Assembly: GCA_963751455.1 (NCBI GenBank)
Contig: CAVVUN010000002.1
Span: 192,001 to 256,000 of the forward strand
Reading direction: 5' to 3'
Source: Nitrospirota bacterium
GTDB taxonomy: Bacteria; Nitrospirota; UBA9217
DNA: 64,000 bases
Shown here: one piece after another, positions 1-11,189 of the stretch
Layout: the number at the start of each line of letters is the position of its first letter
How positions within the stretch are numbered: position 1 is the first letter of the stretch
Position numbers and translations under genes: made by a program
The notes under the pieces: generated by a model
Database searches by the model: none
What the model was told of the DNA's origin: nothing
Seen by the model: only the letters and a program-made list of their open reading frames with translations

Positions 1-63
1 TGTCCAGGAAATGCGCCTTAGTTCGGCACTGAGATTAATCTGCAAAAAATAAAGGAGCGGTAA

Positions 64-651
64 ATGGGAGATGTAAAAATTTCGGCGTATGCTCATACCT
101 ATTTTGATATGTTGCATAATCATTTAAAATGTCTGGATACCGCCATATTCGACCGTATTGTTCGAGAGATTGAAAGAATAAGGAAAGAAGACCGCGTTGT
201 TTATATAATCGGCAACGGAGGAAGTGCCTCGATTGCGTCCCATATGGCAAACGACCTGGGTGTCGGCATCAGAAGGACCGGAGTAAAACCTCTTAAAATA
301 ACCAGCCTGAACGACAATATGAGCGCAATTACAGCACTTGGGAACGATTACGGATATGATTCAATTTTTTTAGAGCAGCTGAGGCCTATTCTCCATCCTA
401 AAGATCTTTTGATTGCTTTTTCTGTAAGCGGCAACTCTCCAAATATTATTAAGGCTGTCGAATTTGCCAAACAACTGGGTGTAATTGTTGTCGGCTGCAG
501 CGGTTTCGACGGTGGGAAGCTTAAGAAAATTTGTGATGTTTCCTTCCACGTAGAGAATGAGAAGGGTTACTACGGAGTGCCGGAGGATGCATTCATGATT
601 CTTGATCATCTGATCTACACATATTACAAATTCGAGCACTACAGGAGCTAG
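64..651 (+). CDS. SIS-domain phosphoheptose isomerase (GmhA-like)
   Basis: GNGGS, ALGNDYGYD, SVSGNSPN motifs typical of GmhA/DiaA SIS proteins. Confidence 0.85.
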   Translation: MGDVKISAYAHTYFDMLHNHLKCLDTAIFDRIVREIERIRKEDRVVYIIGNGGSASIASHMANDLGVGIRRTGVKPLKITSLNDNMSAITALGNDYGYDSIFLEQLRPILHPKDLLIAFSVSGNSPNIIKAVEFAKQLGVIVVGCSGFDGGKLKKICDVSFHVENEKGYYGVPEDAFMILDHLIYTYYKFEHYRS

Positions 652-653
652 TT

Positions 654-1679
654 ATGTCGCTTCGAGATTCTGTGAGACCAGCCATAAAAATCGGCATTGT
701 GGGTATGGGAAAGATGGGCAAGATAAGAGCCCGGGAGATTAAGAGTTGCCCATATACAGAACTGCGCGCGGTATCGGATGTCAACCCTAAAATGTTATCT
801 GAATATGAAGTACCCGCATTCAGTCAGCCCCAGGAGATTCTAAATCAAGATCTCGACGCTCTATTCGTCTGCACGTATAATTCGGCAGCCCCGGATCTGA
901 TCGTCGGAGCACTTGAAAGGGGCCTGCATGTTTTTTGCGAAAAGCCGCCAGGACGATGTGTCGCGGATGTACTCAGGATCCGGGAAGCGCATGAGAAGCA
1001 CCCGGACTGTAAGGTGAAATTCGGATTCAACCATCGCTATCACTATTCGGTTATCGAAGCCAAGTCCATGATTGACAGCGGTTTGTTCGGCAGGATATTG
1101 TGGCTGCGAGGCGTTTATGGAAAGGCCGGAGGCGTCGAATTTGAAAGCAACTGGCGGAGCGACAAGACGCAGGCGGGGGGCGGCATCCTGCTCGATCAGG
1201 GAATCCACATGCTTGATCTCTTCCGGTATTTTGCGGGAGATTTCGATGAGATCAAGAGCATGATCTCCACATCGTACTGGAACATTCCCGTTGAGGACAA
1301 TGCCTTTGCCGTTATGAGGAATTCAAAGGGGCAGATAGCCTCGATTCACTCCTCGTCAACTCAGTGGAAGCACCGGTTTTCTTTGGAAATCGCCCTTCAG
1401 GAAGGCTATATCAACCTGAACGGAATACTCTCATCGACCCGCAGTTACGGTGAAGAGACTCTCACCGTTGCAAAAAAACAATTTGAAGACACAGCGTCTG
1501 CGTTCGGAAAGCCAAGAGAAGAGATGATATATTTCGACCGTGATGATTCATGGCGATTAGAGGTAGAAGAATTCATCGCCGCTATCCGGGGTGAGAAGCG
1601 CGTTGAGCACGGTACGATTGAGGACGCACTTGCCGTGATGAGACTTGTTGAAGAAATATACAGGAACTCTGGACGCTGA
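654..1679 (+). CDS. Gfo/Idh/MocA family NAD(P)-dependent oxidoreductase
   Basis: GIVGMGKMG Rossmann motif, CEKP, GGGILLDQGIH. Confidence 0.9.
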   Translation: MSLRDSVRPAIKIGIVGMGKMGKIRAREIKSCPYTELRAVSDVNPKMLSEYEVPAFSQPQEILNQDLDALFVCTYNSAAPDLIVGALERGLHVFCEKPPGRCVADVLRIREAHEKHPDCKVKFGFNHRYHYSVIEAKSMIDSGLFGRILWLRGVYGKAGGVEFESNWRSDKTQAGGGILLDQGIHMLDLFRYFAGDFDEIKSMISTSYWNIPVEDNAFAVMRNSKGQIASIHSSSTQWKHRFSLEIALQEGYINLNGILSSTRSYGEETLTVAKKQFEDTASAFGKPREEMIYFDRDDSWRLEVEEFIAAIRGEKRVEHGTIEDALAVMRLVEEIYRNSGR

Positions 1680-1695
1680 AGGGATACATCGCGAA

Positions 1696-2368
1696 ATGTC
1701 CGGAATTGTCTCGCTCAGTTATGCACTGTCTAATAATACGGCATATTATGGCGGAAGTCGCCTGAACCTTGAATCCCGCGTGAAAGAAACGGGCAATAAG
1801 TTCACTCGTGAGACGAATTTATGTTTTTCCTCACATTCGGGGACGCACTTGGATTTTCCTTCGCACTTCTATCGGGATGGAAAGAAGGGAAATGATTATC
1901 CGCTTGATTTTTTTATCTTTCATAGGGCGGCCGTCGTTGAGTGCAACCTTCTTGATGCTGATGGGAAGATCGATGGATCTTTAATGAAGGGATTTGCCCT
2001 GGAGCAGGGCCTCGAATTGATTCTTGTGAAAACGCACTTTTGCTCAATTAGAGGTCAGGAGAGAATACTGGAAGGATTCACCTGTCGTGAGTGCGGATTT
2101 CGCACGCGACCTGAGAGCTGGCTTTCCCAAGCTGCGGATGATTGGCTTCGATCTTATTTCGGTTACATCTCAGCGGGACAAAGAGGAAGGGCGAAGGGCG
2201 CACCTGGGCTTCCTTGATGAATCAGGCGGCAGGGAAATACTTCTTCTTGAGGATGCCGACTTGAATGTCGTTTCGCGTGAGACAATGTTCCAAAAAGTTA
2301 TAGTCGCGCCGCTTTTCTTCGAAAAGATGGAGGGGGCGCCCTGTACGGTAATCGCCGAGATTTCCTGA
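1696..2368 (+). pseudogene. Cyclase/kynurenine formamidase-family protein split by a +1 frameshift near 2062 (possibly a sequencing error)
   Basis: HSGTHLDFPSHF motif in ORF 1645-2217. The C-terminal half (IGFDLIS...H...EGAPC) is in ORF 2087-2368. Removing one A in gagAgaatac restores QEEYWKDSPVVSADFA. Confidence 0.8.
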
Positions 2369-2570
2369 TAAGCGTTTGAGATCGCGCTTGAATTGTATTA
2401 TCGTTTTAAACGTCATATCCATATCGCTCATGTGAACAGAACAAGAGGGGAGTGCCGACGGTAGAAGAAGTTCCGTCATTTAAGATTTGCAGAATCCTCG
2501 AAAGATGTTGACCCTAGAGCTTACAATCCCTGAAGCATGCATATTCGATTCCTCCAGGTACGCATAACAG

Positions 2571-3740
2571 ATGAACATTCTTATATTATCGCCATTCCTT
2601 CCTTACCCTATTGATCAGGGTGGAAAAATCCGGATATTCAATATAATCAAGAATCTTTCAAAGAACCACGCGATCACCCTTGCTACTGTAACCCATGGAT
2701 CCCTCTCTGAATACGAAAGCCTGAGCAAATTGTGCGATGAAGTCATAATTGTAAAGAGGCCTCCTAAAAAATGGGGAGACAGGTTTAGCTTTCTCTTAAG
2801 TGCAGAGCCGTACAATTATATTATTTATTATTCTGACGAACTGAAATTGGAGCTGAGAAGACTGCTCAGCCGGAAGTCTTTCGACCTCGTGCAGATCGAA
2901 TTCCCAATGATGTGGCAATATGCCGATATTTTTAAGGGTATGCCCGTCATTCTGGATGCTCATAATATTGAGCATGAGATTATAAGGCAGGTGAAATATG
3001 GTTATAGCAGTCTAATGAGAAAAATTCTCTACGTTATGGAAGAAATAAAAATAAAAAGAAAGGAAAAAAGGGCATGGAGGGAGTGCGCATTGTGTTTCAC
3101 TGTGTCAAAAAAGGAGAGAGACCTCATTGCGGCATATCATGGTCACAATGAGAAAGTTTTTACGATTTCCAACGGTGTTGACCTTGAAACACATACGTTT
3201 CTTCCGAAATCTGAAACAGAAGGCAGATTGCTCTTCCTTGGCGGCATGGACTACCAACCGAACCTTGACTCCGCCTTATATTTGTTGAAAGAAATATTTC
3301 CATCGGTCAGGTCCGGCAATCATGCTGTAAGACTTGATTTCGTTGCACGGGATGTATGGAGGATCAATATTCCGATGCCTGTCGTAGGTGTAGAATTTCA
3401 TGAGAATGTTCCTGATGTCCTGCCATATTTCAGGCGGTCGGATATTCTCTTGGTACCTTTACGCTATGGCGGCGGCACAAGAATAAAGATACTTGAGGCT
3501 ATGGCAGCAGGGCTCCCGGTTGTCACTACATCAAAGGGTTGTGAGGGGATCGAGGCAATGCATGGCGTGCATCTGATGATTGCAGACTCGCCGGATGAAT
3601 TCGCGGCTTATATTAAAAGAGTACTGGAAGATGCGGAACTTAGAAGGACCATCACTCAGCAGGCAAGAAGCCTGGTCGAGGAGCGCTATTCATGGAAAGA
3701 TCTGGTAAATGAAATGACGAAAACATATAGGACTATATAA
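2571..3740 (+). CDS. Glycosyltransferase family 4
   Basis: PYPIDQGGKIR N-terminus, DAHNIE, GGGTRIKILEAMAAGLPVV. Confidence 0.9.
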   Translation: MNILILSPFLPYPIDQGGKIRIFNIIKNLSKNHAITLATVTHGSLSEYESLSKLCDEVIIVKRPPKKWGDRFSFLLSAEPYNYIIYYSDELKLELRRLLSRKSFDLVQIEFPMMWQYADIFKGMPVILDAHNIEHEIIRQVKYGYSSLMRKILYVMEEIKIKRKEKRAWRECALCFTVSKKERDLIAAYHGHNEKVFTISNGVDLETHTFLPKSETEGRLLFLGGMDYQPNLDSALYLLKEIFPSVRSGNHAVRLDFVARDVWRINIPMPVVGVEFHENVPDVLPYFRRSDILLVPLRYGGGTRIKILEAMAAGLPVVTTSKGCEGIEAMHGVHLMIADSPDEFAAYIKRVLEDAELRRTITQQARSLVEERYSWKDLVNEMTKTYRTI

Positions 3741-3886
3741 TCATTTTTCCGAGCAGCCTTCTCAACATGTCGCGCATGTGCGATGGTTACGTAAATTTGT
3801 TCTTCGCACTGGACAACCTCCTAGACTTCCGAATAACTCAACTCATAGCCCGCTTCTTGATTTACCTCTACAACTAACCGAGTTAA

Positions 3887-5404
3887 CCTTAACGTTGCAT
3901 AAAAAATCGCTATGCGGCCCGTTGCAATCGGTCGAGATAATGCAACAACCCCTTTTTGACTCGTGGATTGGCGTTCATTGTCAGAGTTAGCTTGCCGCCG
4001 GGCTGTGTCAGGCGGCCGGCACGCTGTATAAGTGTTCTTCGCAGGGTATTGGGCTCCGTGAACTCCCAAAGAGCGGCCCGTTTTTCGGTGGTGCCCCGGT
4101 CGGGTTCATGCGCGACCATGTGAAGTTCCTTCAGGAGATTGTGCGAGATGATCGCCGACATCATGTATAGCTGATTTCCGTGCAATCTTCTCACAGCCAC
4201 GTAATCCATATTGCACTGGGACTTTAGCTCTCCAAGGATGTTTTCCTGAGAACCGCGGCCCTGATGGAAGTTCAGGACTTTCTTCACCGTCGTTGTTTTG
4301 TTTGTAACGATCACCTTGAAGTCAAACCCGTATTCGTGCGGCGTGAACATATCAAGCTGCACCGGCTCTTTTGACTGCTTTTTGGCTTTTTGACGAATAA
4401 AAAGAAAGCGGAACCGGCTGTCCCAGCTTTTCGGCTTCCAGGGTGTGTCGAAATAGGAAACAACGGAATCGTAACGCCTCCAGCGTTTTTTGGCTTCGAT
4501 CATGTGCTTGAGTTCGGAGAACCGCTCAAAGGGGACCGAGATGGTGAACTCAATTCCGTCGCGCTCCAGCGCGCCGACGATTTCATCGCTGAAGAAAGCG
4601 CTGTCCATGCGCACTTCGATGACGATATCCGAACAGGTTGCACGCACCTGTTCGATGCACGCAAGGATGAACGCCCGGGCGCCGTTGGAATCATGTACGT
4701 TACCCGAACGGGGCAGGACGTCAAGGACCATGCCCAACTGAGCGATCATGCAGAAAAGCGGATAATAGCTTCTCTGCCCTTTTTTCTTTTTGTTGAAGCC
4801 TACGGCGGCACCCTCAGCCCATCGGGAGGTCGAGAGCACAGAGCCGTCGAAATCAAGCGTCACGCGACGAAGCTTCAAACCCTGTATGCGGGAGAGCGAC
4901 ATTTCCCGGCAGAACCGACGAAGATTCAAAATGTCCTTTGCGTCGACCGTCATCAATGCCCGGCTGATCGTGGAAACGTCCGGCATTTTTCGGAGGCCCA
5001 GAAGACGAAGCGCCATAAGGTCGTCCTGATAGTATTCGATGTCGCGGAGTTTCCGATAACCCAGCATCAGATGCACGATCAGCACGAGCGTAATGACGTG
5101 ATTGCCGAAGATGGCGCTCGACGGTAGATGATCAAAGCAGCTTTTCAAGCGGGCTTTCAGATTCAGCTTCGTGAAGAATGCCTGAATGATAGCAAGGCCC
5201 GCGTAGGAAGTGAGCTGTTGATCCTCGAACTTCAGTTCCGGTATTTTGTGAACGCGGCTTAGAACCTGTGCTTTACTGGACTTCACTTTCAGTGGCCTCC
5301 TGCTTGAGTGAAATAATGATATCGCAGGAGCACTATATCCAATAATGAAGCCTGTTTCCAGAGGTTTCTGCATATTTTCAAGAAATGTTTATGCAACTAC
5401 AAGG
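3887..5404 (-). mobile_element. IS1380-family insertion sequence (1518 bp)
   Basis: Imperfect terminal IRs CCTTaacGTTGCATAAA / CCTTgtaGTTGCATAAA, flanked by a TTAA duplication at 3883-3886 and 5405-5408; single transposase. Confidence 0.85.
3910..5286 (-). CDS. IS1380-family DDE transposase
   Basis: LTSYAGL, LDFDGS, SYYPL, RMDSAF, RGSQENILGELK; likely GTG start behind an AGGAGG RBS. Confidence 0.9.
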   Translation of the reverse strand: MKSSKAQVLSRVHKIPELKFEDQQLTSYAGLAIIQAFFTKLNLKARLKSCFDHLPSSAIFGNHVITLVLIVHLMLGYRKLRDIEYYQDDLMALRLLGLRKMPDVSTISRALMTVDAKDILNLRRFCREMSLSRIQGLKLRRVTLDFDGSVLSTSRWAEGAAVGFNKKKKGQRSYYPLFCMIAQLGMVLDVLPRSGNVHDSNGARAFILACIEQVRATCSDIVIEVRMDSAFFSDEIVGALERDGIEFTISVPFERFSELKHMIEAKKRWRRYDSVVSYFDTPWKPKSWDSRFRFLFIRQKAKKQSKEPVQLDMFTPHEYGFDFKVIVTNKTTTVKKVLNFHQGRGSQENILGELKSQCNMDYVAVRRLHGNQLYMMSAIISHNLLKELHMVAHEPDRGTTEKRAALWEFTEPNTLRRTLIQRAGRLTQPGGKLTLTMNANPRVKKGLLHYLDRLQRAA

Positions 5405-5514
5405 TTAACAAATCAGTAAAGCAACCTTGACAGATTTTTTCATCCGAATATTATAACTAAGTGTAATTAAAGTTAATTTTATTTAAATCGTGGTAATAAT
5501 ACCCCATTTTTTTC

Positions 5515-5543
5515 TTTACATTACTATTCTAAATCACTATAAT
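5515..5543 (+). promoter_or_regulatory. sigma70-type promoter of the collagen-like gene
   Basis: TTTACA-N17-TATAAT. Confidence 0.6.
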
Positions 5544-5620
5544 CGCCAAATAAATTTGATAATACTTTTATTTTTTGTAATGTGACGAACCATATTAAAG
5601 GCTGTTTGAACGGAGGAAAT

Positions 5621-8170
5621 ATGAAAAACAAACGTGCCATAACACTTCTACTGAATATCATCTTTATGTTTACGGTCGGTTCAGCATACGCTGTGCCGGT
5701 TGAGCAGATTCCTTACCAGAAATATGTTCCCGCGAATGGAAGCGCGGCGCCTGGTACAGTCGGCACTTGTGTATTCAAGATTTATGACTCTGAAACTGGA
5801 GGGAATCTCATTTGGCAGGAACCGGCAAGCGGCACGCTGACCTGTTATAACATTCAGGAGATAACAGGTAACGGCGGTAGCAATACCAGCAAATTAAATT
5901 CCGTTCGGTGGTTTCTCGGAAGTAATGTTCCATTTTCGAGCGCCATCATCCCCATGGATTTTCAGAGCACCTACTATGTCGAGTTGACTTTCAACGGTGC
6001 ATCGTTGACGAGAGATTTGCTTGGCGGCGCGCCGTATGCGATTGGCGGTATTCAGTGGCTCGGGGATTATAACGGTTCGACAGTCTATCGGATCAACGAC
6101 GTTGTGGCTTATAATGGAAGCTCATACATAGCCATTCAAAATAATTTCTCGGGACAAGCTGTGAGCAATACTACATATTGGGCGGTTTTTGTAGCTCAGG
6201 GACCAGCTGGGCCGGCAGGAACTGATGGTATGAACGGCATATCAGTTACATCGACATCAGAATCGCCGGGAGCAAATTGTGCTAACGGAGGCGTAAAGTA
6301 CACTTCTCTGAGCGGAGATAATTATGTTTGTAACGGCGCTGCGGGTGCACAAGGACCGCAGGGTTCAGTAGGACCGCAGGGTCCACAAGGTGAACAAGGA
6401 TTGCAGGGAGTGCAGGGACCTCAGGGTATACAGGGACCCCAAGGGCCGCAAGGACCTCAAGGTGATACTGGAGCGACTGGTGCAGCAGGTGCACAGGGAC
6501 CGGCCGGAGCAGATGGGAAGACTGTGCTAAGCGGAGCTATTGACCCGGCAACCGAAGGTGTCGATGGAGATTTCTATATCAATATAGCTTCCAATACACT
6601 CTTTGGTCCGAAAACAGGAGGCGCGTGGGGCACAGGCACATTGTTAGTGGGACCTCAGGGTCCGCAGGGCGCGCAAGGCCTGCAGGGCGCGCAAGGCCTG
6701 CAGGGTATACAGGGTCCGCAAGGCGAACAAGGCCTGCAGGGAACGCAAGGACCTCAAGGCCCGGTCGGCGCAACAGGAGCAACAGGACCTCAAGGACCGC
6801 AAGGGCCTCAAGGTGACGCCGGAGCGACCGGTTCAGCAGGACCTGCCGGTGCAGATGGGAAGACGATGCTGAGCGGCGGTGCTGATCCGACAATCGAAGG
6901 AGCAGATGGCGATTTCTTCATTAATACGGCTTCCAATACTATATTTGGTCCCAAAACAGGAGGTGTATGGGGCGCAGGTATTTCATTAATCGGCCCTGCC
7001 GGAGCGACAGGCGCAACAGGACCGCAGGGACCGGTAGGTTTAACAGGGCCCACAGGTGCGACCGGACCGCAAGGACCTCAAGGTAATACAGGTGCAACCG
7101 GCCCGGAGGGACCGCAAGGCCCACAGGGATCGATTGGTTTAACGGGAGCAACGGGTGCAACCGGCCCACAAGGACCTGCAGGAACAGACGGGAAAACTAC
7201 ACTGAGCGGAATCGTTGATCCGACAACTGATGACGGAGTCAATGGCGATTTCTTCATTAATACAGCTTCCAACACCATCTTCGGCCCGAAGACGGAAAGT
7301 GGATGGGGGGCAGGCACGTTGTTAGTCGGGCCTCAAGGTGCAGCAGGACCTCAAGGACTACAGGGCACAGTAGGGTTGCCAGGTCCGGAGGGACCGCAAG
7401 GACCAGCAGGGCCGGAGGGTTCTCAAGGACCAACGGGCGCAACCGGACCGGAGGGACCGATAGGATTGACAGGAGCGACAGGACCTCAAGGCCCTCAGGG
7501 GCCGGCAGGCACGTCTTCCTGGGCTGATAGCACAGGGATGGTTAGTACCAATAAGAACGTCGGTATAGGCGTATCTTCTCCGGCATATCCGCTGTCCATA
7601 TCCTCAGATATTGCTTCAGCCGTTCCAGGCGGTGTCGGGATGTTTATGCTTACTGGTAATGAAAATAAGGAAAGAATTGAATTAAGATCCCCTGGCGTAG
7701 CTGGTTTGAGAGGAGCGGCTGTTCAAGGAAAAGGGTATGGTGGCACTATAGAAGCGCCGACGGCCACACAAAAAGATGCGATCCTGATGATTTTAGGAGG
7801 CAGCGGTCATGATGGCAATCAAATAATCGTTCCAAATAAGGCGGGTATCTTCATGATGTCGGGTGAAAATTGGAATACAACTTCTAATGGGACCTACATG
7901 CGTTTTGATACAACTTCAAACGCGTCTACTGCAAAAACTGAAAAAATGCGTGTAACCGGAGACGGCAATATCGGTATTAGCACTACTTTGCCTACTCAGA
8001 AACTCGAAGTCAACGGCGGCGTTCGTCTTAACACCACAACACCAAAACCGACCTGCGATTCAAATGCAAGAGGCACATTCTGGGTGCAGCAGGATGCTGT
8101 GAACGATACTGTACACGTCTGCGCGATGGTAAACAGTGTGCTCACCTGGAAGACGGTGACGCTACAATAG
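5621..8170 (+). CDS. Secreted collagen-like (Gly-X-Y) trimeric fibre/adhesin protein
   Basis: Signal peptide ([11 protein letters not shown]...AYA), long GPQ/GAT triplet runs interrupted by three ~47-aa GKTxLSG..DP..GxDGDF.IN.ASNT.FGPKT..W modules, C-terminal GNIGI...KLEVNG tail-fibre-like domain; GGAGG RBS before 5621. Confidence 0.85.
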   Translation: MKNKRAITLLLNIIFMFTVGSAYAVPVEQIPYQKYVPANGSAAPGTVGTCVFKIYDSETGGNLIWQEPASGTLTCYNIQEITGNGGSNTSKLNSVRWFLGSNVPFSSAIIPMDFQSTYYVELTFNGASLTRDLLGGAPYAIGGIQWLGDYNGSTVYRINDVVAYNGSSYIAIQNNFSGQAVSNTTYWAVFVAQGPAGPAGTDGMNGISVTSTSESPGANCANGGVKYTSLSGDNYVCNGAAGAQGPQGSVGPQGPQGEQGLQGVQGPQGIQGPQGPQGPQGDTGATGAAGAQGPAGADGKTVLSGAIDPATEGVDGDFYINIASNTLFGPKTGGAWGTGTLLVGPQGPQGAQGLQGAQGLQGIQGPQGEQGLQGTQGPQGPVGATGATGPQGPQGPQGDAGATGSAGPAGADGKTMLSGGADPTIEGADGDFFINTASNTIFGPKTGGVWGAGISLIGPAGATGATGPQGPVGLTGPTGATGPQGPQGNTGATGPEGPQGPQGSIGLTGATGATGPQGPAGTDGKTTLSGIVDPTTDDGVNGDFFINTASNTIFGPKTESGWGAGTLLVGPQGAAGPQGLQGTVGLPGPEGPQGPAGPEGSQGPTGATGPEGPIGLTGATGPQGPQGPAGTSSWADSTGMVSTNKNVGIGVSSPAYPLSISSDIASAVPGGVGMFMLTGNENKERIELRSPGVAGLRGAAVQGKGYGGTIEAPTATQKDAILMILGGSGHDGNQIIVPNKAGIFMMSGENWNTTSNGTYMRFDTTSNASTAKTEKMRVTGDGNIGISTTLPTQKLEVNGGVRLNTTTPKPTCDSNARGTFWVQQDAVNDTVHVCAMVNSVLTWKTVTLQ

Positions 8171-8323
8171 TGTAGGCGACGGTCGGAGCGGGTACGATTC
8201 TAACGGTCGCGTCCCCGCTATTGACCGAAAAAAGGCGCACCGGGGCATCGAGCATCTTTCTCCGGGGCGCAAAGATTCCCTCTCCTGATCGGGAGCAGTT
8301 GGGGCTATGGCGAGCTTGGTATG

Positions 8324-8902
8324 TTATTTTTTACTTCTATAAGACCTCCCTTCAAACGTCAGAAAGTGACCATTTAAGCCCAGGCGGTCAAGGATCGCCG
8401 AGGCGGTCACCGAATCGAAGATTTTCCCCCATTGCGACGAGATCAGGTTGGTTGTAACAATCGTGGTCCCGACCTCGGAGCGTTTCGAGATTATCTGGAA
8501 GATGCTGTCCGCCTGCTCCTTGGTCGGGAAGACGTAGCCCATTTCATCCAAGCAAAGCACCTTGACCTTCGCGTAGTAATCGATCAGACTGTAGACGCTT
8601 CTGGCCTTCGCGAGCTTCGCGGTAAGGTCGAAAATGCTGATCGAGACGGCCTGCTGGCCCTTCATGATCGCATCAACGCACAGGGCGTCGGCGACATGGG
8701 TTTTTCCTACGCCTGCCGGACCCATGATGACGATATTGCAGTTTTTCCGGAGCCAGTCGGTTTTCATCAGCTCCATGATCTTATCGCGGGGGATAGCGGG
8801 ATTGAACTTCCAGTCAAAATCCTCCAGACGCTTCACCCGTTTGATGCCCGACATCTTGAGCAGATGCTCGATCCTGCGCTTCTCGCGCAGAAGATGTCTT
8901 CT
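8324..8902 (-). pseudogene. istB: IstB ATPase, N-terminally truncated
   Basis: LEDFDW, Walker A GPAGVGKT, LCLDEMGY, TTN, AILDRL; homology extends upstream only to ~8902 (RHLLREKRRIEHLLK). Confidence 0.8.
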
Positions 8903-9738
8903 TTGAGCATCTCAGCCGGCGGCCTCTTTGTCGTGCGATGAAGCCTTGTATTCCTCTCCTGCCGCCAGAGGGCTGCCTGTTTGTTGAGCTCGGGTGTCGT
9001 CTCGCACGGCGTGATCTTCAGGTGATTCTTAATGTCCCGGATGACCCGCTCGACCCGGCCTTTTTCATTCGGTCTTCTTACTGTGCAGGGGTGGACCCCA
9101 AAGCCGTAATGCCGACAGAAGTCCATGAACTGGGCATTAAGCTTGAGATCCGGCGTTCTCTTGATTACCACGCTTGTCAGATTGTCATACCGGCACTTGC
9201 GGGGTACGCCGGCGATCTCGCGGAAAGCCTCGATGTGGCCGTCCAGGAAGAACTCCATGGTGCAGCGGGGATAGAAACGAACGTACACATACCGGGAGTA
9301 AGCGAGGAGAAAGACGAAGCCGTACATCATTCCGGAAGGGATTCTCCAATGCATCCAGTCGACTTGTGCTTCCTCGCCGGGAAGGAACACCAGTTCGTGA
9401 AAGACTTGATACTTCCTCTTTTTCCGGTATTTTTGGGTATGGACAGCGAGAATCGTGTAACGACCCGTATACCCATAGGACTTCAAGCGGTTAAACACCT
9501 GCTGCGCCTGCAGGTAGGGATGCTCCTGGTACCACTGCTCGATCAGACGCTCATAGGGCGCAAGAAGGCTCTGCTTGGCCGGCTTCGGGATGCTCGTCCC
9601 GTTGATTATTCTCGCGACGCGCTTCTTCCCCATGAAAAGCGCCTGCGCAATTTGTCTGATCGATAAGCCTTCCACTGCGCGCAAATGCTTCACCCGGCTT
9701 TCGATGGATTCAGCATCTCTCCCCCGATCGTTTACCAT
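8833..9738 (-). pseudogene. istA: IstA transposase, C-terminally truncated
   Basis: HTH, PGEEAQVDW, YDNL, PNEKGRVER, HRTTKRPP, then runs out of frame into istB; only ~280 homologous aa. Confidence 0.8.
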
Positions 9739-9778
9739 GGCGGGATTGTTACCATGACGCAGCCAAAAAGGAAATATG

Positions 9779-9996
9779 GGCTTGTATCTCGGTCGAAGGA
9801 ACGACCCAGCTTATTGATTTATCGTCACTATTTTCTCATCTTGGCTTGTATCTCACACAGAATAGCGGGGAACACAAGACGTTTGGTTCGAAAAATCAAT
9901 AACTTGAAAGGGTATCTCGGCTTGTATCTCGCGCAGAACGATCACGCTTTTCTCAACGGCGTCAAGGGCTTTTGCGAACATCTCGGCTTGTATCTC
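9779..9996. repeat. Four exact 12-bp direct repeats GGCTTGTATCTC
   Basis: Copies at 9779, 9843, 9919, 9985 (spacing 64/76/66 bp). Confidence 0.85.
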
Positions 9997-10260
9997 ACCT
10001 GGCGCGAATGCCGCCTGCCGCTCTTTTCGCTTCCGGCGCCAGGCCTTCTGATAATCAGGATGCTCTTTTCTCCACGCCTTGACTACCTCGTACCTGCCGA
10101 CCCAATAATCCGGATTCTTTCTGCGAAAACGCTTGTTGCTCTCGCCCTTCCGGATTTTCCGGCACGCCGCCGAGCACGTCTGCTGGCGCGTCCCGACCCT
10201 TCTGTCCGGCGCGAACATCCTGCCGCAACACGCACAACGCTTCTCATCCGCCATCATCAT
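9853..10260 (-). CDS. IS21 passenger protein, basic, with CxxC...CxxxC Zn-finger-like motif
   Basis: CACCG...QQTCSAAC, K/R-rich, twice EIQAE; lies inside the IS IRs upstream of istA. Confidence 0.6.
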   Translation of the reverse strand: MMMADEKRCACCGRMFAPDRRVGTRQQTCSAACRKIRKGESNKRFRRKNPDYWVGRYEVVKAWRKEHPDYQKAWRRKRKERQAAFAPGEIQAEMFAKALDAVEKSVIVLREIQAEIPFQVIDFSNQTSCVPRYSV

Positions 10261-10422
10261 CGCCCCCCAGAACCTATGATGGCTGCCACTCTATTGACTT
10301 TGACGAAGAAGGAAAGTCTGAAATGAAATCTTGAAAGGAAAAACCAAAGGCAAGATCAAAAGGCAGGACCTACAGCGGAGACAGCATCGTCAGAATCGTC
10401 CCCAAAATCGCCGTCGCTCACA

Positions 10423-11093
10423 ACATACTGACCAAGCCCATGGAGCGCCGGTTCCGGAACGCTCACGGACTGCGTCGGTATTTTCTATTTCTCGTATTCC
10501 GCCTTACAAGGATATTCGAGTTGTATATTTTTAACAAATTCGAGAGGGTTTTCGTACTTTCCGAATACGATCGTTCCTATCTGCTGTCCATTGATCCGTC
10601 GCTCAAGGTCGCGTTGCTGCGCCATTCCTACGGCGCGCACCTCACAAATACAAGGTACGAGCGTGAAGATCAAAGCCTTCTTTTCCTCGGCGCAATGGAC
10701 CGGGGACCAAATGTGAAGTCAGCGCTCTATTTCTGGAACAAGATCCTTCCACTTGTCCGGCAAGATGTTCCTGATGTGAAATTCGTTATTGTGGGCAGCA
10801 GGCCGCTCCCCGAAGTGCGGGCGCTTGCGGAAAAAGACGAGCATACAGTTGTTACAGGCTTCGTTGAAGATATCGAGAAATACTATAAGACTGCCACGGT
10901 TTTTGTGGCCCCTCTCCTGACAGGAGGGGGAATTATCGTCAAGACACTGGACGCCCTGGCAGCGGGGACTCCGGTTGTAACTACCTCGATAGGCAACGAA
11001 GGGATCGGAGCAAAGCCGGGTGAGCATCTCCTGGTCGGCGATACACCCGCGAGTTTTGCGGCACAGGTCGTGCTTCTGCTTTGCGATGCATGA
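10423..11093 (+). pseudogene. GT4 glycosyltransferase fragment (paralog of 12398-13579)
   Basis: Begins mid-gene exactly at the IS21 end (..ILTKPMERR) and stops early (LLLCDA*) relative to the intact paralog. Confidence 0.85.
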
Positions 11094-11128
11094 AACACGT
11101 TGCTTCCGTTTGCCGGTGGAAGTTTTTG

Positions 11129-11165
11129 TTGAAAAAGGGGCTAAAGTGCTGTATATTATACAGCA
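11129..11165 (+). promoter_or_regulatory. TA promoter with palindromic operator
   Basis: TTGAAA-N17-TATATT, with perfect TGCTGTAT-N3-ATACAGCA overlapping the -10. Confidence 0.65.
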
Positions 11166-11189
11166 TTATAGATAGAGGAGGTTCCGTAG

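Larger units (their letters stand above)
8171..10422 (-). mobile_element. IS21-family element, internally deleted, with a passenger ORF
   Basis: TG...CA ends with IRs TGTAGGCGACGG..GGTACGATTCT / TGTGAGCGACGG..GGGACGATTCT; istA and istB fragments; no target duplication. Confidence 0.85.

Noticed and set aside
8833-8910. Programmed frameshift producing an IstA-IstB fusion
   Set aside because: Both proteins lack substantial expected regions at the junction; a deletion is the simpler explanation
9779-9996. 12-bp repeats as a CRISPR array
   Set aside because: Repeats are too short, non-palindromic, unevenly spaced, and lie within an IS and its ORF
9685-10326. 213-aa plus-strand ORF in the IS21
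   Set aside because: Antisense shadow of the passenger ORF with no recognisable motifs
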